Source of the DNA: Nitrospirales bacterium
GTDB lineage: Bacteria > Nitrospirota > Nitrospiria > Nitrospirales > UBA8639
Direction of reading: 5' to 3'
DNA: 64,000 nt
Assembly (NCBI GenBank): GCA_965223295.1
Contig: CBDCWC010000002.1
Span: 1,664,001-1,728,000 of the forward strand
Shown here: positions 30,514 through 40,362 of the stretch, one piece after another
Layout: every line of letters begins with the position of its first letter
Position numbering within the stretch: the first letter of the stretch is position 1
Program-made: the position numbers and the translations under genes
The notes under the pieces: generated by a model
What the model was told of the DNA's origin: nothing
What the model saw: the letters and a program-made list of their open reading frames with translations, nothing else
The model's database searches: none

Positions 30514-31476
30514 TCAGCAAAATATTTTATCCGTAATACTCCAGTACTCAAGCACATCATGAGGAAACGGGTGCTCATCTTCAAATGCTTGAGCCATAAC
30601 GGAATACCTTTCAATATCCCGATTATACAACAATCGCCAGTCAGCTATATATTGATGAAGATCACTGATCCATCCTTTCTTTTGGACATCCACCTGCGTA
30701 CAAGATGATGAGATTCTTGAAGTATCATGCGTTCCTAGGGAAATCGTGGCTCGTCCTACCTGGAGCCCAGCCACAATTCGCATAAGAGACAGCCAACGCC
30801 ATCCCTCTCGTTGCGGAATATTCAGGATCAACTTACTTGACTGGTTTAATGTATTCCGACGGCGACGAGAAACATACGAGTTGGGATATACCACCGACAC
30901 ACATTCTCCAGCTAACAAATTCAGAATTTTCTCACGATAATTGGTAATTCCCCCAGTAAACACAAAGTCGCTAAGAGATTTCGTAGAAAGACTAATATCT
31001 GTGTTCTCATCACTTTCAAGTCTGGGAAAGGGAATTGAACGGACTTCAAGACCTGGAAGCATAGTTGAAATATTCTTTAACTCTGGCAAGTCGCCCAATA
31101 CAAAAAAACAACGGATATGGGGCAGACACTCTAGAAGATGTTTAACTCTAGCCAACACTGTCACGCGATGAATATAATCGTTCTTGCTGCCGAGGGGAGC
31201 GCCGTGAAAAAATACCTGACCTTGTTCGAAATCCAGATGCTCTGTCATGATCACTGCGACTCGCTTTCGCGTAGACCGGCAGAACTCTAATAAAACATCC
31301 CTGGTTCGAAACGAAAAGTTTTCAATAACTACGTTCAGGCAGGAAGGATGTGGACGGCGGCCCAGCGACACTCTATAACCATGCTGCTGGAAACCCCGAA
31401 CAAAAAAGCTAATCTGATCACTGACACCAAAAAGGAAATGGTTATAGAGCCAGAGATGGATTCGTGGCCTCTTCAC
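30514..31476 (-). CDS. Hypothetical protein, probable divergent GT-B glycosyltransferase
   Basis: 320-aa ORF coupled to the upstream GT; DFVFTGGITNYREKIL...SKLILNI...SLMRI resembles a GT-B C-terminal domain. Confidence 0.6.
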   Translation of the reverse strand: MKRPRIHLWLYNHFLFGVSDQISFFVRGFQQHGYRVSLGRRPHPSCLNVVIENFSFRTRDVLLEFCRSTRKRVAVIMTEHLDFEQGQVFFHGAPLGSKNDYIHRVTVLARVKHLLECLPHIRCFFVLGDLPELKNISTMLPGLEVRSIPFPRLESDENTDISLSTKSLSDFVFTGGITNYREKILNLLAGECVSVVYPNSYVSRRRRNTLNQSSKLILNIPQREGWRWLSLMRIVAGLQVGRATISLGTHDTSRISSSCTQVDVQKKGWISDLHQYIADWRLLYNRDIERYSVMAQAFEDEHPFPHDVLEYWSITDKIFC

Positions 31477-33704
31477 TGAGAACCCTGCTTCAGACTTTTG
31501 GCCTGATCAGCAAAAGTTTCTCCAGTAGAAGTTCCCTGATCTTCAACGTTTACAAAAGATAAAATTTCCGCCTGAATCTCCACAATCGAAAAACCCGAAA
31601 AGAAATATTTATATTGTTTGTTTTGTAATTTTTCTCTCAGAAACGGACCGTCTTTAGCCAGAATCCCAAAAAATTCATTTCCTTGCCGAAAGATATTGAA
31701 TCCATGGAAGCCCTCCACGATAAGGAGGACAGGCCTTAGCCTTTCCTCCTCAGGATTAAATGGCATTGATGTGGAACTGCTTGCAGTGTTGATATCACTA
31801 AGAACCTGAGCAACAGATTTCGCTGAGAAACATGAAGAATAACCACCAGACTTGGCTTTCTCTAAAATAAATTCGCCTTCGTGCTGGAGTATCGCGTAAT
31901 AACAATCTCTGTAACGGATTACGTTATAACCCGAAACTCCACGGTGTAGGAGCTCGATATCAGGTTCAATAGTCCATTTACCTTTAAATTTGCCGAGATA
32001 GCGTAAGAAAATGGAGTATATCCAGGCTGCTCCATCGTGCATCACTGGAAACGGCTTGAGAGCCGTTGAGATACTGGAAATTAATTTTCGAATCGTCCTT
32101 TCACCAAATCCCCCAATCCACGGGAAATATTTGCCATCTAACTCTTCTAGCGTATTGGCAAACGTCAACGCTGGAGCGCCATAGGAATAATATTGTGCCA
32201 AAACAGACCAGTCATTCAGTTGAACCTTAGGGTTGCCATAGGCATGAATCATCGTGCCTCCTAGTTCCCACACAATACTCTGTCCGGAATTGATTCTTAC
32301 CATTGCTTGTGGCGGGCTCTCGAATACCCTTGCCCAGCCATCCCCGTGAATCCTGCACTCATGCAAGGACTGGCCCTGATAGTCATACTCTCCCGCTGAG
32401 ATCGAAGAAGTTTGTCTACGCTGTTGATAGAGATCAGAAACTGCACTCCAAAATTCTTGGGCAAAAGCCTGCCCTGAGAACCTGTCTTGTGCACGGGAAA
32501 GGACGCGGGTACGCATGTCCCAATACATGTTAGGATTTTCTACCAATGCGCACACCCGCAAGGTCAATTGCTGGACAAGAGAATCGTCAAGATCAGGAGT
32601 TCTACCGTAACGATCTATCGGGATACCGGTTACTTCATCGTTGTGCCAGACAGCCCTTCTAACGCCGTGGAGAACAATTCCGTCCTCATCGTCAATAACA
32701 TACACAGAGGTACCCACCGTATCAGAAACTACAGGAACGGTTCCCAACAACATCGCTTCCATAATAGAGACCGAATGGAGAGAAGCACTCGGGAGCAAGA
32801 AGAAATGAGCACTCGCCATTAACGCGTTCATCTCATGGCTAGCCAGATAATCCTGAGCCCAAATGATGCTTCGCCCGCTCTCAGCTTTGACTAGGGACAC
32901 ATCCACCCCATACTCAAGTAACGCCTCATCACTGGGCTTTTCACAGCGAATCATCAGAAGCCCATCTCGACCACCTGTTACAAACTTCTTCCAGAAACGT
33001 AGAACTATATGCCCGCCTCGACGAAAGAAGTTTGTAGCATTCTGATTAGCAGAGTTTATGAACAGAAAACGCGGCCTCGACAATGACTTCTTTTCAGGGT
33101 ATTCGGACGCATGTAAAGCCTTTAGACTTAATCCAATTTTCGAAGGGAATAGTTTTTCAGCAATCAATGGATCGTTAAAAAACAGTCGGAACGTATGAAG
33201 CGTTTCGGGAATATGAGAAAAGATCCCAAGGCATAGCGGGTCAGCAAAAATACTTTGATAGTGTTCTCTGATTTCTTCTGTATCCTCCATGCTTCCGCTT
33301 CCCTGTTGAGCAAACGGAAATAGCACGGGTATAAAGGACTCGCAGTGTAAGACAAACGGACGTTTGAGTGAGGGAAACGGAGCTGTATGATGAAATTCAA
33401 TATTCCCTATTAGCTCTGTTGTCAAAACCTGATTAGGAGGCCAGAAATGCTCCATATACTTCGCGGCCACAGAGCCCCTAACAAATCGATCAGAACGATA
33501 TTCTTCTGCTTTACTCAACAAAGTCCTTCGTAAGGCTTCATCCCACTGAAATCGGCTATACAACTTGCCATTATCCCAAGCAGAGAGCGCGACTTTATCC
33601 GGAACATGATCATACAACGCTCGATAGAGCGGATGGAACCCATTTAAAGGAATATAATGGCTCAAGCTCCACGGAACAGCGACACTCAAAGTATCATGTA
33701 TCAT
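31473..33704 (-). CDS. GT-B (family 4-like) glycosyltransferase with two C-terminal ~55-aa repeats
   Basis: FFLLPSASLHSVSIMEAMLLGTVPVVSD; ATG at 33704 with RBS GGAAGG. Confidence 0.85.
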   Translation of the reverse strand: MIHDTLSVAVPWSLSHYIPLNGFHPLYRALYDHVPDKVALSAWDNGKLYSRFQWDEALRRTLLSKAEEYRSDRFVRGSVAAKYMEHFWPPNQVLTTELIGNIEFHHTAPFPSLKRPFVLHCESFIPVLFPFAQQGSGSMEDTEEIREHYQSIFADPLCLGIFSHIPETLHTFRLFFNDPLIAEKLFPSKIGLSLKALHASEYPEKKSLSRPRFLFINSANQNATNFFRRGGHIVLRFWKKFVTGGRDGLLMIRCEKPSDEALLEYGVDVSLVKAESGRSIIWAQDYLASHEMNALMASAHFFLLPSASLHSVSIMEAMLLGTVPVVSDTVGTSVYVIDDEDGIVLHGVRRAVWHNDEVTGIPIDRYGRTPDLDDSLVQQLTLRVCALVENPNMYWDMRTRVLSRAQDRFSGQAFAQEFWSAVSDLYQQRRQTSSISAGEYDYQGQSLHECRIHGDGWARVFESPPQAMVRINSGQSIVWELGGTMIHAYGNPKVQLNDWSVLAQYYSYGAPALTFANTLEELDGKYFPWIGGFGERTIRKLISSISTALKPFPVMHDGAAWIYSIFLRYLGKFKGKWTIEPDIELLHRGVSGYNVIRYRDCYYAILQHEGEFILEKAKSGGYSSCFSAKSVAQVLSDINTASSSTSMPFNPEEERLRPVLLIVEGFHGFNIFRQGNEFFGILAKDGPFLREKLQNKQYKYFFSGFSIVEIQAEILSFVNVEDQGTSTGETFADQAKSLKQGSQ

Positions 33705-34197
33705 TTTACCTTCCTTCCCAACCGGGTAATCCACAGACCAAATCGAACAACCCAATTATCCTGTAAGCAGCCAAGCTCCCCCTCTAACTCCACGACCATC
33801 CGCTCCAGTCAAGCTCTGAGTATTTTCTTCAAATTCATGCATGGCTGTTTGGAACTGTTCATTCGCCTTGCGCTTGAAGTACGCCGACATTGTAGCCTAT
33901 GTGATTATGGTAAATGCCATGTTGATTGCATGTGAGGAAAGCGGCAGCCTTCTCCATGACCTCGTCAATGACACGATCATAGAGTTCCATCCATATTAGC
34001 TCGTACTGATCTTTGGGAACATTCTGTTGACACGGCCAATCCAAGGTGCTGAAAAGCTCACAACACCCCCAGCCTAATGGATTTAAAGATAGGCGCGGTG
34101 CTAGCGGCGAGACGTTTTTGTAAGCGGTGACGCCCCTATTTAGATTCATTCTGTGTGGAAAGGTTCTTCCATTTTCTGTATGCTGTATGAAGACACC
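33701..34197 (-). pseudogene. Decayed 3' extension of the upstream methyltransferase (coiled-coil/amphipathic tail fragments)
   Basis: Fragments EQFQTAMHEFEENTQSL and LERMVVELEGELGCLQDNWVVRFGLWITRLGRKVK* lie in different frames; the last TGA overlaps the next gene's ATG (33701-33704). Confidence 0.5.
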
Positions 34198-35532
34198 CTA
34201 TTCCTCCTGTAAGGGGAGATCACGCTGTTCCATTTGCTGCTTAAGAGAATTCAGTTCGTCCTGTAGGGCCCGATTACGCTGGTCCGTCTTGAGGATGACG
34301 ATGGCAAGAATTTCGGCCTTGACATCAGCAATATCCTCTCCACTAACACAACTTCCATTCAATTTCATGTCCTCAATGGCAGACTCACCGAGGCTACTGA
34401 TATCCAAGGGGCCCATAGCCTGATCAAAGCCCCACCAAGTACCATTATGACGAAGAATGTTATATCCGCAAAAGCCTTCGACAACCAATTCCGTACTGAT
34501 GGCTTCCGATACGATCGGGGGTTGTCGCTGAATGGAATCCAGCAATAGCACCAACCCTTCTAATGAACTTTCCACAATATGATTCTGGAACCAACGCGTG
34601 TCGTCAATCGGATATGCCACAAATCCATCGCCAACCTGAAAAATTTCATAGCCACTGAAGATCCCATAGGGAATTTCGACTGCAGATTGTAGGTGCAAAG
34701 GAATTTTGAGATTAACAGGGTGGAAAGTAGGTTTACTCCATGTTTCACCTGAGCGTTCTACACACCACAATCCATGTTCGTGCCAGACATCATTGAACAT
34801 TTCCGCTATTGCATCAGTAACACCTGGATGATAACCGGCCCCTGATTTCGGATCGGTAACAAAATCCGCATCGTTTGCGAGGGCTGACCTATGCGTCTCT
34901 GGATCAACTTGAGATCTTTGTAACTCTAAGTCATCTCCACAAATCACTCCTCCACTTCTCACGAGCCGCTTCGCTTGCAAAAGATCATAAAGAACGTCAT
35001 TTTTTTTATGAGAGCCATCAATATACACCATGTCAAATGACTCACTAGCGAACAGTGGCAGTACTTGCCTCGAACCAGCCTTCATAACCTGGACCATCCC
35101 CTCCAATCCGCATACTCTGATGTTATGTTTAAACAGATCTTGAATCCTTCCTGTAATAGCCGCCGCATCCATAACCTTATAATGTAGGGAGGTGTCCTCT
35201 TCTCCGAAATATTTTTCCCACAGATCAACACAGACTATTTCACAAGAAGAAATACCAAGCTCTTGAATAGCAGATCCAACTGTTACTGCCGAAGCTCCAG
35301 CCCAAGCACCAACCTCTAATACTCGTACAGCCGCTTTACCGGCAAACGCAAACTTTACCAGCGCAGCCACCAATGCATAGCGAACAGGAGGGCTTTGAAA
35401 AGCAGAGAGCTCTTTTCCAAAATAGGGCCGATTTTCTTTCAAGGCGAAAGAAAGAGAGTATTGGGGGAGTATCGCTATTCGAGAGTTAGGGATCGACCTC
35501 TGCAAACCTAAATCCAAGATCCAGGATTCCAT
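34198..35532 (-). CDS. Class I SAM-dependent methyltransferase (Methyltransf_24-like), candidate glycan chain-capping enzyme
   Basis: VLEVGAWAGAS, VCVDLW, FDMVYIDGSH, GGVICGDD; directly after wzt; ends in an incipient coiled coil. Confidence 0.85.
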   Translation of the reverse strand: MESWILDLGLQRSIPNSRIAILPQYSLSFALKENRPYFGKELSAFQSPPVRYALVAALVKFAFAGKAAVRVLEVGAWAGASAVTVGSAIQELGISSCEIVCVDLWEKYFGEEDTSLHYKVMDAAAITGRIQDLFKHNIRVCGLEGMVQVMKAGSRQVLPLFASESFDMVYIDGSHKKNDVLYDLLQAKRLVRSGGVICGDDLELQRSQVDPETHRSALANDADFVTDPKSGAGYHPGVTDAIAEMFNDVWHEHGLWCVERSGETWSKPTFHPVNLKIPLHLQSAVEIPYGIFSGYEIFQVGDGFVAYPIDDTRWFQNHIVESSLEGLVLLLDSIQRQPPIVSEAISTELVVEGFCGYNILRHNGTWWGFDQAMGPLDISSLGESAIEDMKLNGSCVSGEDIADVKAEILAIVILKTDQRNRALQDELNSLKQQMEQRDLPLQEE

Positions 35533-36838
35533 TAAAGCGCTTCTGCTCCATTTGAGTGATTACTAAGTGTATGATCGACCGGCGAACATCAATAACATGC
35601 CCGCCGGGTGAACCATCACACTCCGCAATACCAAGGTCAATAAAATAGTCGCCCGCATTGAGCGGAATGTTAAATTCGATTTGATAGATTCGCGTTTCAT
35701 CTTTTTCAGCTGGTTGTAATGCAGTCTTTGCAAGAAAAGTATTGCTCGCGGCAATCGTGACGCCATTGTCGGTCTTGAGATCGAAGCCAACAATTGGCTG
35801 CCTGATGTCCTCCGAAAAATGGACTTTAACAAAAATGCTGAGAACAGCCCCAGAAGGAACACTTGAAATGTCGGTGTGGCCATCCACGCTGACTAAATAA
35901 TCAAGAATCGTCGCACCCGTATTGATTGTTCGCAACTCATGAGGATTGTAGCCGAACCGTTGGTATGCCAACTCTGCCGTTCCATTTCCATCCACAGCAA
36001 AAAAACGGTCATGGCTTAACTCGTGATTTTCCTCATCATGGTTGATGGAATTCTGTGAGAGTTTCTCGTGTCCCGCGTTTCTTTTCAATTCCGACACCGA
36101 CTCCGAAAAAAGAATCCCGAGATATTTCTCAACCACCCTCTTGGGTTCGCCATCGGCCCTAAGCATACCATTTTCCAAAATAATCGCTCGGTTACACAAG
36201 CTCGTAATCGTATCAAGACTATGAGAGACAAACAGTATCGCCGCACCCGTCGCTCGAATCTTGTCAATCTGCAACAAGCATTTGCGTTGAAATTTGGCAT
36301 CACCGACCGCGAGTGCCTCATCAACAATTAATATGTCCGGATCCACATGAATAGCTGCACCAAATGCTACCCGCACAAACATTCCCGAGGAATAGGTTTT
36401 TACCGGCTGATCGAAAAATTTTCCGATGTCAGCAAATGCTTCAATTTCTGGAAGCCTGCGCAACATCTCCTTGCGAGAAAACCCCATGATTGCACCATTT
36501 AGAATTATATTATCCCGGCCCGTAAACTCTGGATTAAAGCCGGCACCAAGCTCCAAAAGGGTGGAAATACGGCCGTTGACGTAAACCTTACCTTGAGTGG
36601 CTTGCATAACAGAGCAAATGATTTGCAAAAGCGTCGATTTGCCTGAACCATTTCTCCCAAGGATACCTACGATCTCTCCCCGACGAACCTCAAAAGACAC
36701 ATTGCGTAATGCCCAGAATTCCTGATGATAGGGTTTTCGCAAAGGATGCATGGCCTCCCACACACGATCCTTTGCCGATGAGTACAGCTTAAATTTTTTC
36801 GACACATTCTGAACGGAGATTACAGTATCGGTATGCAT
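35486..36838 (-). CDS. wzt: Polysaccharide ABC transporter ATP-binding protein with C-terminal carbohydrate-binding domain
   Basis: GRNGSGKST, YSSGMFVR, VDEALAVGD, ~150-aa Ig-like C-terminal domain. Confidence 0.93.
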   Translation of the reverse strand: MHTDTVISVQNVSKKFKLYSSAKDRVWEAMHPLRKPYHQEFWALRNVSFEVRRGEIVGILGRNGSGKSTLLQIICSVMQATQGKVYVNGRISTLLELGAGFNPEFTGRDNIILNGAIMGFSRKEMLRRLPEIEAFADIGKFFDQPVKTYSSGMFVRVAFGAAIHVDPDILIVDEALAVGDAKFQRKCLLQIDKIRATGAAILFVSHSLDTITSLCNRAIILENGMLRADGEPKRVVEKYLGILFSESVSELKRNAGHEKLSQNSINHDEENHELSHDRFFAVDGNGTAELAYQRFGYNPHELRTINTGATILDYLVSVDGHTDISSVPSGAVLSIFVKVHFSEDIRQPIVGFDLKTDNGVTIAASNTFLAKTALQPAEKDETRIYQIEFNIPLNAGDYFIDLGIAECDGSPGGHVIDVRRSIIHLVITQMEQKRFNGILDLGFRFAEVDP

Positions 36839-36847
36839 GGGGCTCAG

Positions 36848-37717
36848 CTACATGACATCCGCAAACTCAGGTTTAAGTCGACCGAAAACATATGCACCGA
36901 TTACGAAGGTGAAGGTCGCTACAGTCCAGAAATAAGTCGTATGCCACAGACTAGGCCAGGTAACCGTATCGAAGACGAGAAGACCGCGATAGCCTTCTAT
37001 GATGTAGTACATCGGGTTAAATAATAAAAGGTCACGATACTCCAGAGAAATAGTTTCAGACGGCCACACAATTGGAGTCGTCCAGAACAACAGATTCAAG
37101 GTAATCGAGAGGGCATGAGAGATGTCGCGATAAAATACCTGAAGCGCGGATAACATCCATCCCAACCCTAGAAGAAGGATACACGCACAGAAAAGAAAAT
37201 ACACAAACAAGAACCGATCAATGACATACGGGACACCCAGATAAGCCATCAAGCAAAACACGATGAACATGAAGATCAGATGTGGAAGCATTCCAGAAGT
37301 AAGATGAACCCACGGCAACACTTCTGATGGGAATATCGTTTTCTTGACTAAATAGGCATGACGAGTAACCGAATCAGTCATTGCCATGAGTGTCTCATTA
37401 AAGAAGAACCACGGCACAATTCCACAAACAAACCAAAGGATAAAGGGAGTACCGTTAGGCCCTTGAGCTCTGAAGCCAACTGCAAACACAAAATAGAATA
37501 TCGCGATGATTGCCAGTGGGTGTGCAAATGTCCAAAGCACCCCACCTAATGTTCCAGCAAAACGGCTTTGAAAATCACGCAGTGCCATAGCTCCAATCAT
37601 CTGCCAATGATGCACAAGAGCTTGGAATGGCTTTATCGCTACAGGTACTCCAGCTCCCGACAACTCTCGCCTCCTCAGCCGCTTGTGGTGGACCACCGCT
37701 TCATTGCTCACGTGCAA
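36848..37717 (-). CDS. wzm: Polysaccharide ABC transporter permease
   Basis: RDFQSRFAGTLGGVLW, YLVKKTIFP, TPIVWP, NPMYYIIEGYR, EFADVM. Confidence 0.93.
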   Translation of the reverse strand: MHVSNEAVVHHKRLRRRELSGAGVPVAIKPFQALVHHWQMIGAMALRDFQSRFAGTLGGVLWTFAHPLAIIAIFYFVFAVGFRAQGPNGTPFILWFVCGIVPWFFFNETLMAMTDSVTRHAYLVKKTIFPSEVLPWVHLTSGMLPHLIFMFIVFCLMAYLGVPYVIDRFLFVYFLFCACILLLGLGWMLSALQVFYRDISHALSITLNLLFWTTPIVWPSETISLEYRDLLLFNPMYYIIEGYRGLLVFDTVTWPSLWHTTYFWTVATFTFVIGAYVFGRLKPEFADVM

Positions 37718-37987
37718 TCATCCATGCTGAGTGTTCAGTGAACATCCCACATACTCATGCTATCTCATCAACAAACTTCGAAAGACCACGTCATACTGGA
37801 CATTCCATGCATTGAAACAAGAGGCGCTCAAAAGCGGCCACAAAGTCTTGTCACTAGTGGTGATGGGTGATCTCGGAAGTAGCTACAAATTCATAAAAAT
37901 TTTTCAGCCAATCAATGTCTCCATTCTTCTCACAACCTCAAAACCCGCCTTACGACTTGCCATTTTTGGAATTGAAGCTCCCACTAC

Positions 37988-38716
37988 TCAAATTACTGAT
38001 ACGCTGCGGCTGTTTCCAGCACTCTTTCCTTCAATAAGTAGCGCGAGACTATGTGCAACACGATAACGATCGTCGTCGAGAGCTATGAACAACCACTCGT
38101 CTGAACGAGGATCTGTCTTTTTGGAGGTCTGATCTGAGGCAGATTTATTCAATGTATGATGCAAATGTTCGAAGATCAGATTGGGAAGATACACGATTCG
38201 ATCATGGCGCAACTTTCTGAGTTGCTTGAATATATCAAAAATATGTGACTCGATATGAAGATTCCAATAGCTCATAGGACAAATACCTCCCATGGCATCA
38301 CAGGCTTCACGTGAAAGAATAGGGAAGGTTGGCACATGTGATCCCTGATCCATATCATTCCCATAGACAAGCGCAATGTGATCAGAAAATTTTGAGAATG
38401 TCTTTAAAATTTCGGTATCCCATCCCTTTGTCTGGAAAATTGCATCGTCATTCACCAGCATGACATATTGACCCGAACTGGCTTCATAACATTGCTGATT
38501 CATTAACCCCATTGGCCGACGTGGGGAACCCACCACTTTCACCATCTGTAAGGGAGAGGGACAGGTGATAGCTTGACTGCTGGCATCATCCTTGTCGATA
38601 GTCAGCACGACTTCTACGAATTGGGGATCGTCAGAATTCTCGATGACGCTTTGCAAGAAATTAGCAACAAATGCTGGTCGGCCTCGAGTGGGGAGCAAGA
38701 GTGAGAGTTTGACCAT
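37988..38716 (-). CDS. Glycosyltransferase family 2 (GT-A)
   Basis: LSLLLPTRGRP N-terminus, VNDD motif. Confidence 0.8.
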   Translation of the reverse strand: MVKLSLLLPTRGRPAFVANFLQSVIENSDDPQFVEVVLTIDKDDASSQAITCPSPLQMVKVVGSPRRPMGLMNQQCYEASSGQYVMLVNDDAIFQTKGWDTEILKTFSKFSDHIALVYGNDMDQGSHVPTFPILSREACDAMGGICPMSYWNLHIESHIFDIFKQLRKLRHDRIVYLPNLIFEHLHHTLNKSASDQTSKKTDPRSDEWLFIALDDDRYRVAHSLALLIEGKSAGNSRSVSVI

Positions 38717-38812
38717 CTACGGTACATCGTCAACTGCGAACACCTGACTTGACGATCAGAAACGATTCCAATCAAAGCGATCTCTGCAGGACACAAGTTT
38801 TCTATGATTACG

Positions 38813-39751
38813 CTAGACGTTGCCGTATTGCGTATTTTTGATCATTGTATACCCCTTGATCAACTCTGCGATACCCATATCAAGAGAATGAACGGGCTTG
38901 TATCCCGTCGCTTCAATTTTTGCATTCGACACGATGTAGTTGCGTTGATCTGGATCATTCCCAACAGGTGCGTCGAGAACCGAAAATTCCGGAATGTACC
39001 GTTGAATATGCTCACATAACTCTCTCTTTGACACATTCGCATCCGACAGTCCGACATTATAAATTTGGCTATTCATGGTGTCGAAATGTTCGATCGCATG
39101 TAAAAACGCCCGCGCCACATCACGAATATGAATATAGTTTCGCTTAAAGTGACTCTCAAACAACACCACAAATCGATCATGGACAGCACGATACGTAAAA
39201 TCATTCACCAACAAATCAATCCGCATTCGCGGTGACATGCCAAACACCGTCGCCAACCTGAAACTGATAGCATTGGGATGCTGCATCAGCCCTTTTTCTA
39301 CTTCGACTTTTTCTCTGGCATAATTGGATACCGGCCTGAGCGATGACTCTTCGGTACAATAGTTATTTTCATCACCCGTTCCGTAGGCACTATTGGTTGT
39401 CGGCATCACAACTCTTTGTTGCTTCGACAGTAGCTTCAACATCAAGGTAATGGCATCATGATTTACAGTCTTCGCACCCACAGGATCCTGACTGCAGATG
39501 GGAGCCCCGACCAACGCCGCCAAGGGGATGACAATATCAGCGGTCTTAAGCAACGGGGCAATTACGCTCTCAACTCGGATATCACCCTTTACTACCCGGA
39601 AATTTGGGTTATGGCAAACATGATTAAGACTGGCTTGCTTGTACATAAAAGAATCGATCACTGTGACCTTATGCCCTAATTGCAGTAATTCTGGAACCAT
39701 CGTGGATCCAAGATATCCGGCTCCACCTGTCACAAGGATGTTATACGTCAT
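38813..39751 (-). CDS. NDP-sugar epimerase/dehydratase (extended SDR)
   Basis: VTGGAGYLG, YAREK, RLATVFGMSPRMRIDLLVNDF. Confidence 0.92.
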   Translation of the reverse strand: MTYNILVTGGAGYLGSTMVPELLQLGHKVTVIDSFMYKQASLNHVCHNPNFRVVKGDIRVESVIAPLLKTADIVIPLAALVGAPICSQDPVGAKTVNHDAITLMLKLLSKQQRVVMPTTNSAYGTGDENNYCTEESSLRPVSNYAREKVEVEKGLMQHPNAISFRLATVFGMSPRMRIDLLVNDFTYRAVHDRFVVLFESHFKRNYIHIRDVARAFLHAIEHFDTMNSQIYNVGLSDANVSKRELCEHIQRYIPEFSVLDAPVGNDPDQRNYIVSNAKIEATGYKPVHSLDMGIAELIKGYTMIKNTQYGNV

Positions 39752-39778
39752 AAAAAAATCCCTATTGTTTTAAAAAAT

Positions 39779-40359
39779 CTACGGAGTACATATTGCCACT
39801 TCTACACATTCACAGAGCGTATGGGCGAGAACAATATGTAACTCCTGGATCGTACTCGTGGCCAGACCTGGCGCGACGATGCAATAGTCAGCCAGAGGTT
39901 GAACATCCCCACCATCACGCCCAGCAAAAACAACCGTTGCACTCATCGCTCGGCATGATTCGACCGCTCGCACGATGTTGGTGGATGTTCCAAATATGGT
40001 AATTCCGAGAAAGACGTCATTCGAGGTCAGTTTGCCTGTTAACTGTCGAGAAAAAACATGTTCAAACCCGTAGTCGTTCTCAATGGCAGTCAGAATGGAA
40101 CTATCGACGGTTAACACCTCAGCCGACAAGGGTGCGCGATCGCGTGCTAACTTACTCACGAATTCTGCGGCTAAATGCTGGGTATCAGCTACCGACCCCC
40201 TGTTTCCTGCAATATACAGACGCCCTCCGCTTTGATACCGATCAATGACGTAGTCACTGCCTGAGAAAAAATTGACAGGTTTTCGTTATCGTTTAGCAAT
40301 TGTCGTTTCGCTTCAATCGATGATTCGAGATTCCTCTGTAGCAATGCACGGGCTGCCAT
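39779..40359 (-). pseudogene. gmhA: Frameshifted phosphoheptose isomerase (SIS domain)
   Basis: ATG at 40359 (MAARALLQRNLESSIEAK...) is one base out of frame with GGRLYIAGNRGSVADTQHLAAEF...IQELHIVLAH; break near 40255; motifs degraded. Confidence 0.85.
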
Positions 40360-40362
40360 CGA

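Noticed and set aside
34198-34200. Pyrrolysine recoding at the amber codon
   Set aside because: No pyl genes in the window, other genes here use TAG as a normal stop, and nearby frameshifted fragments favour decay
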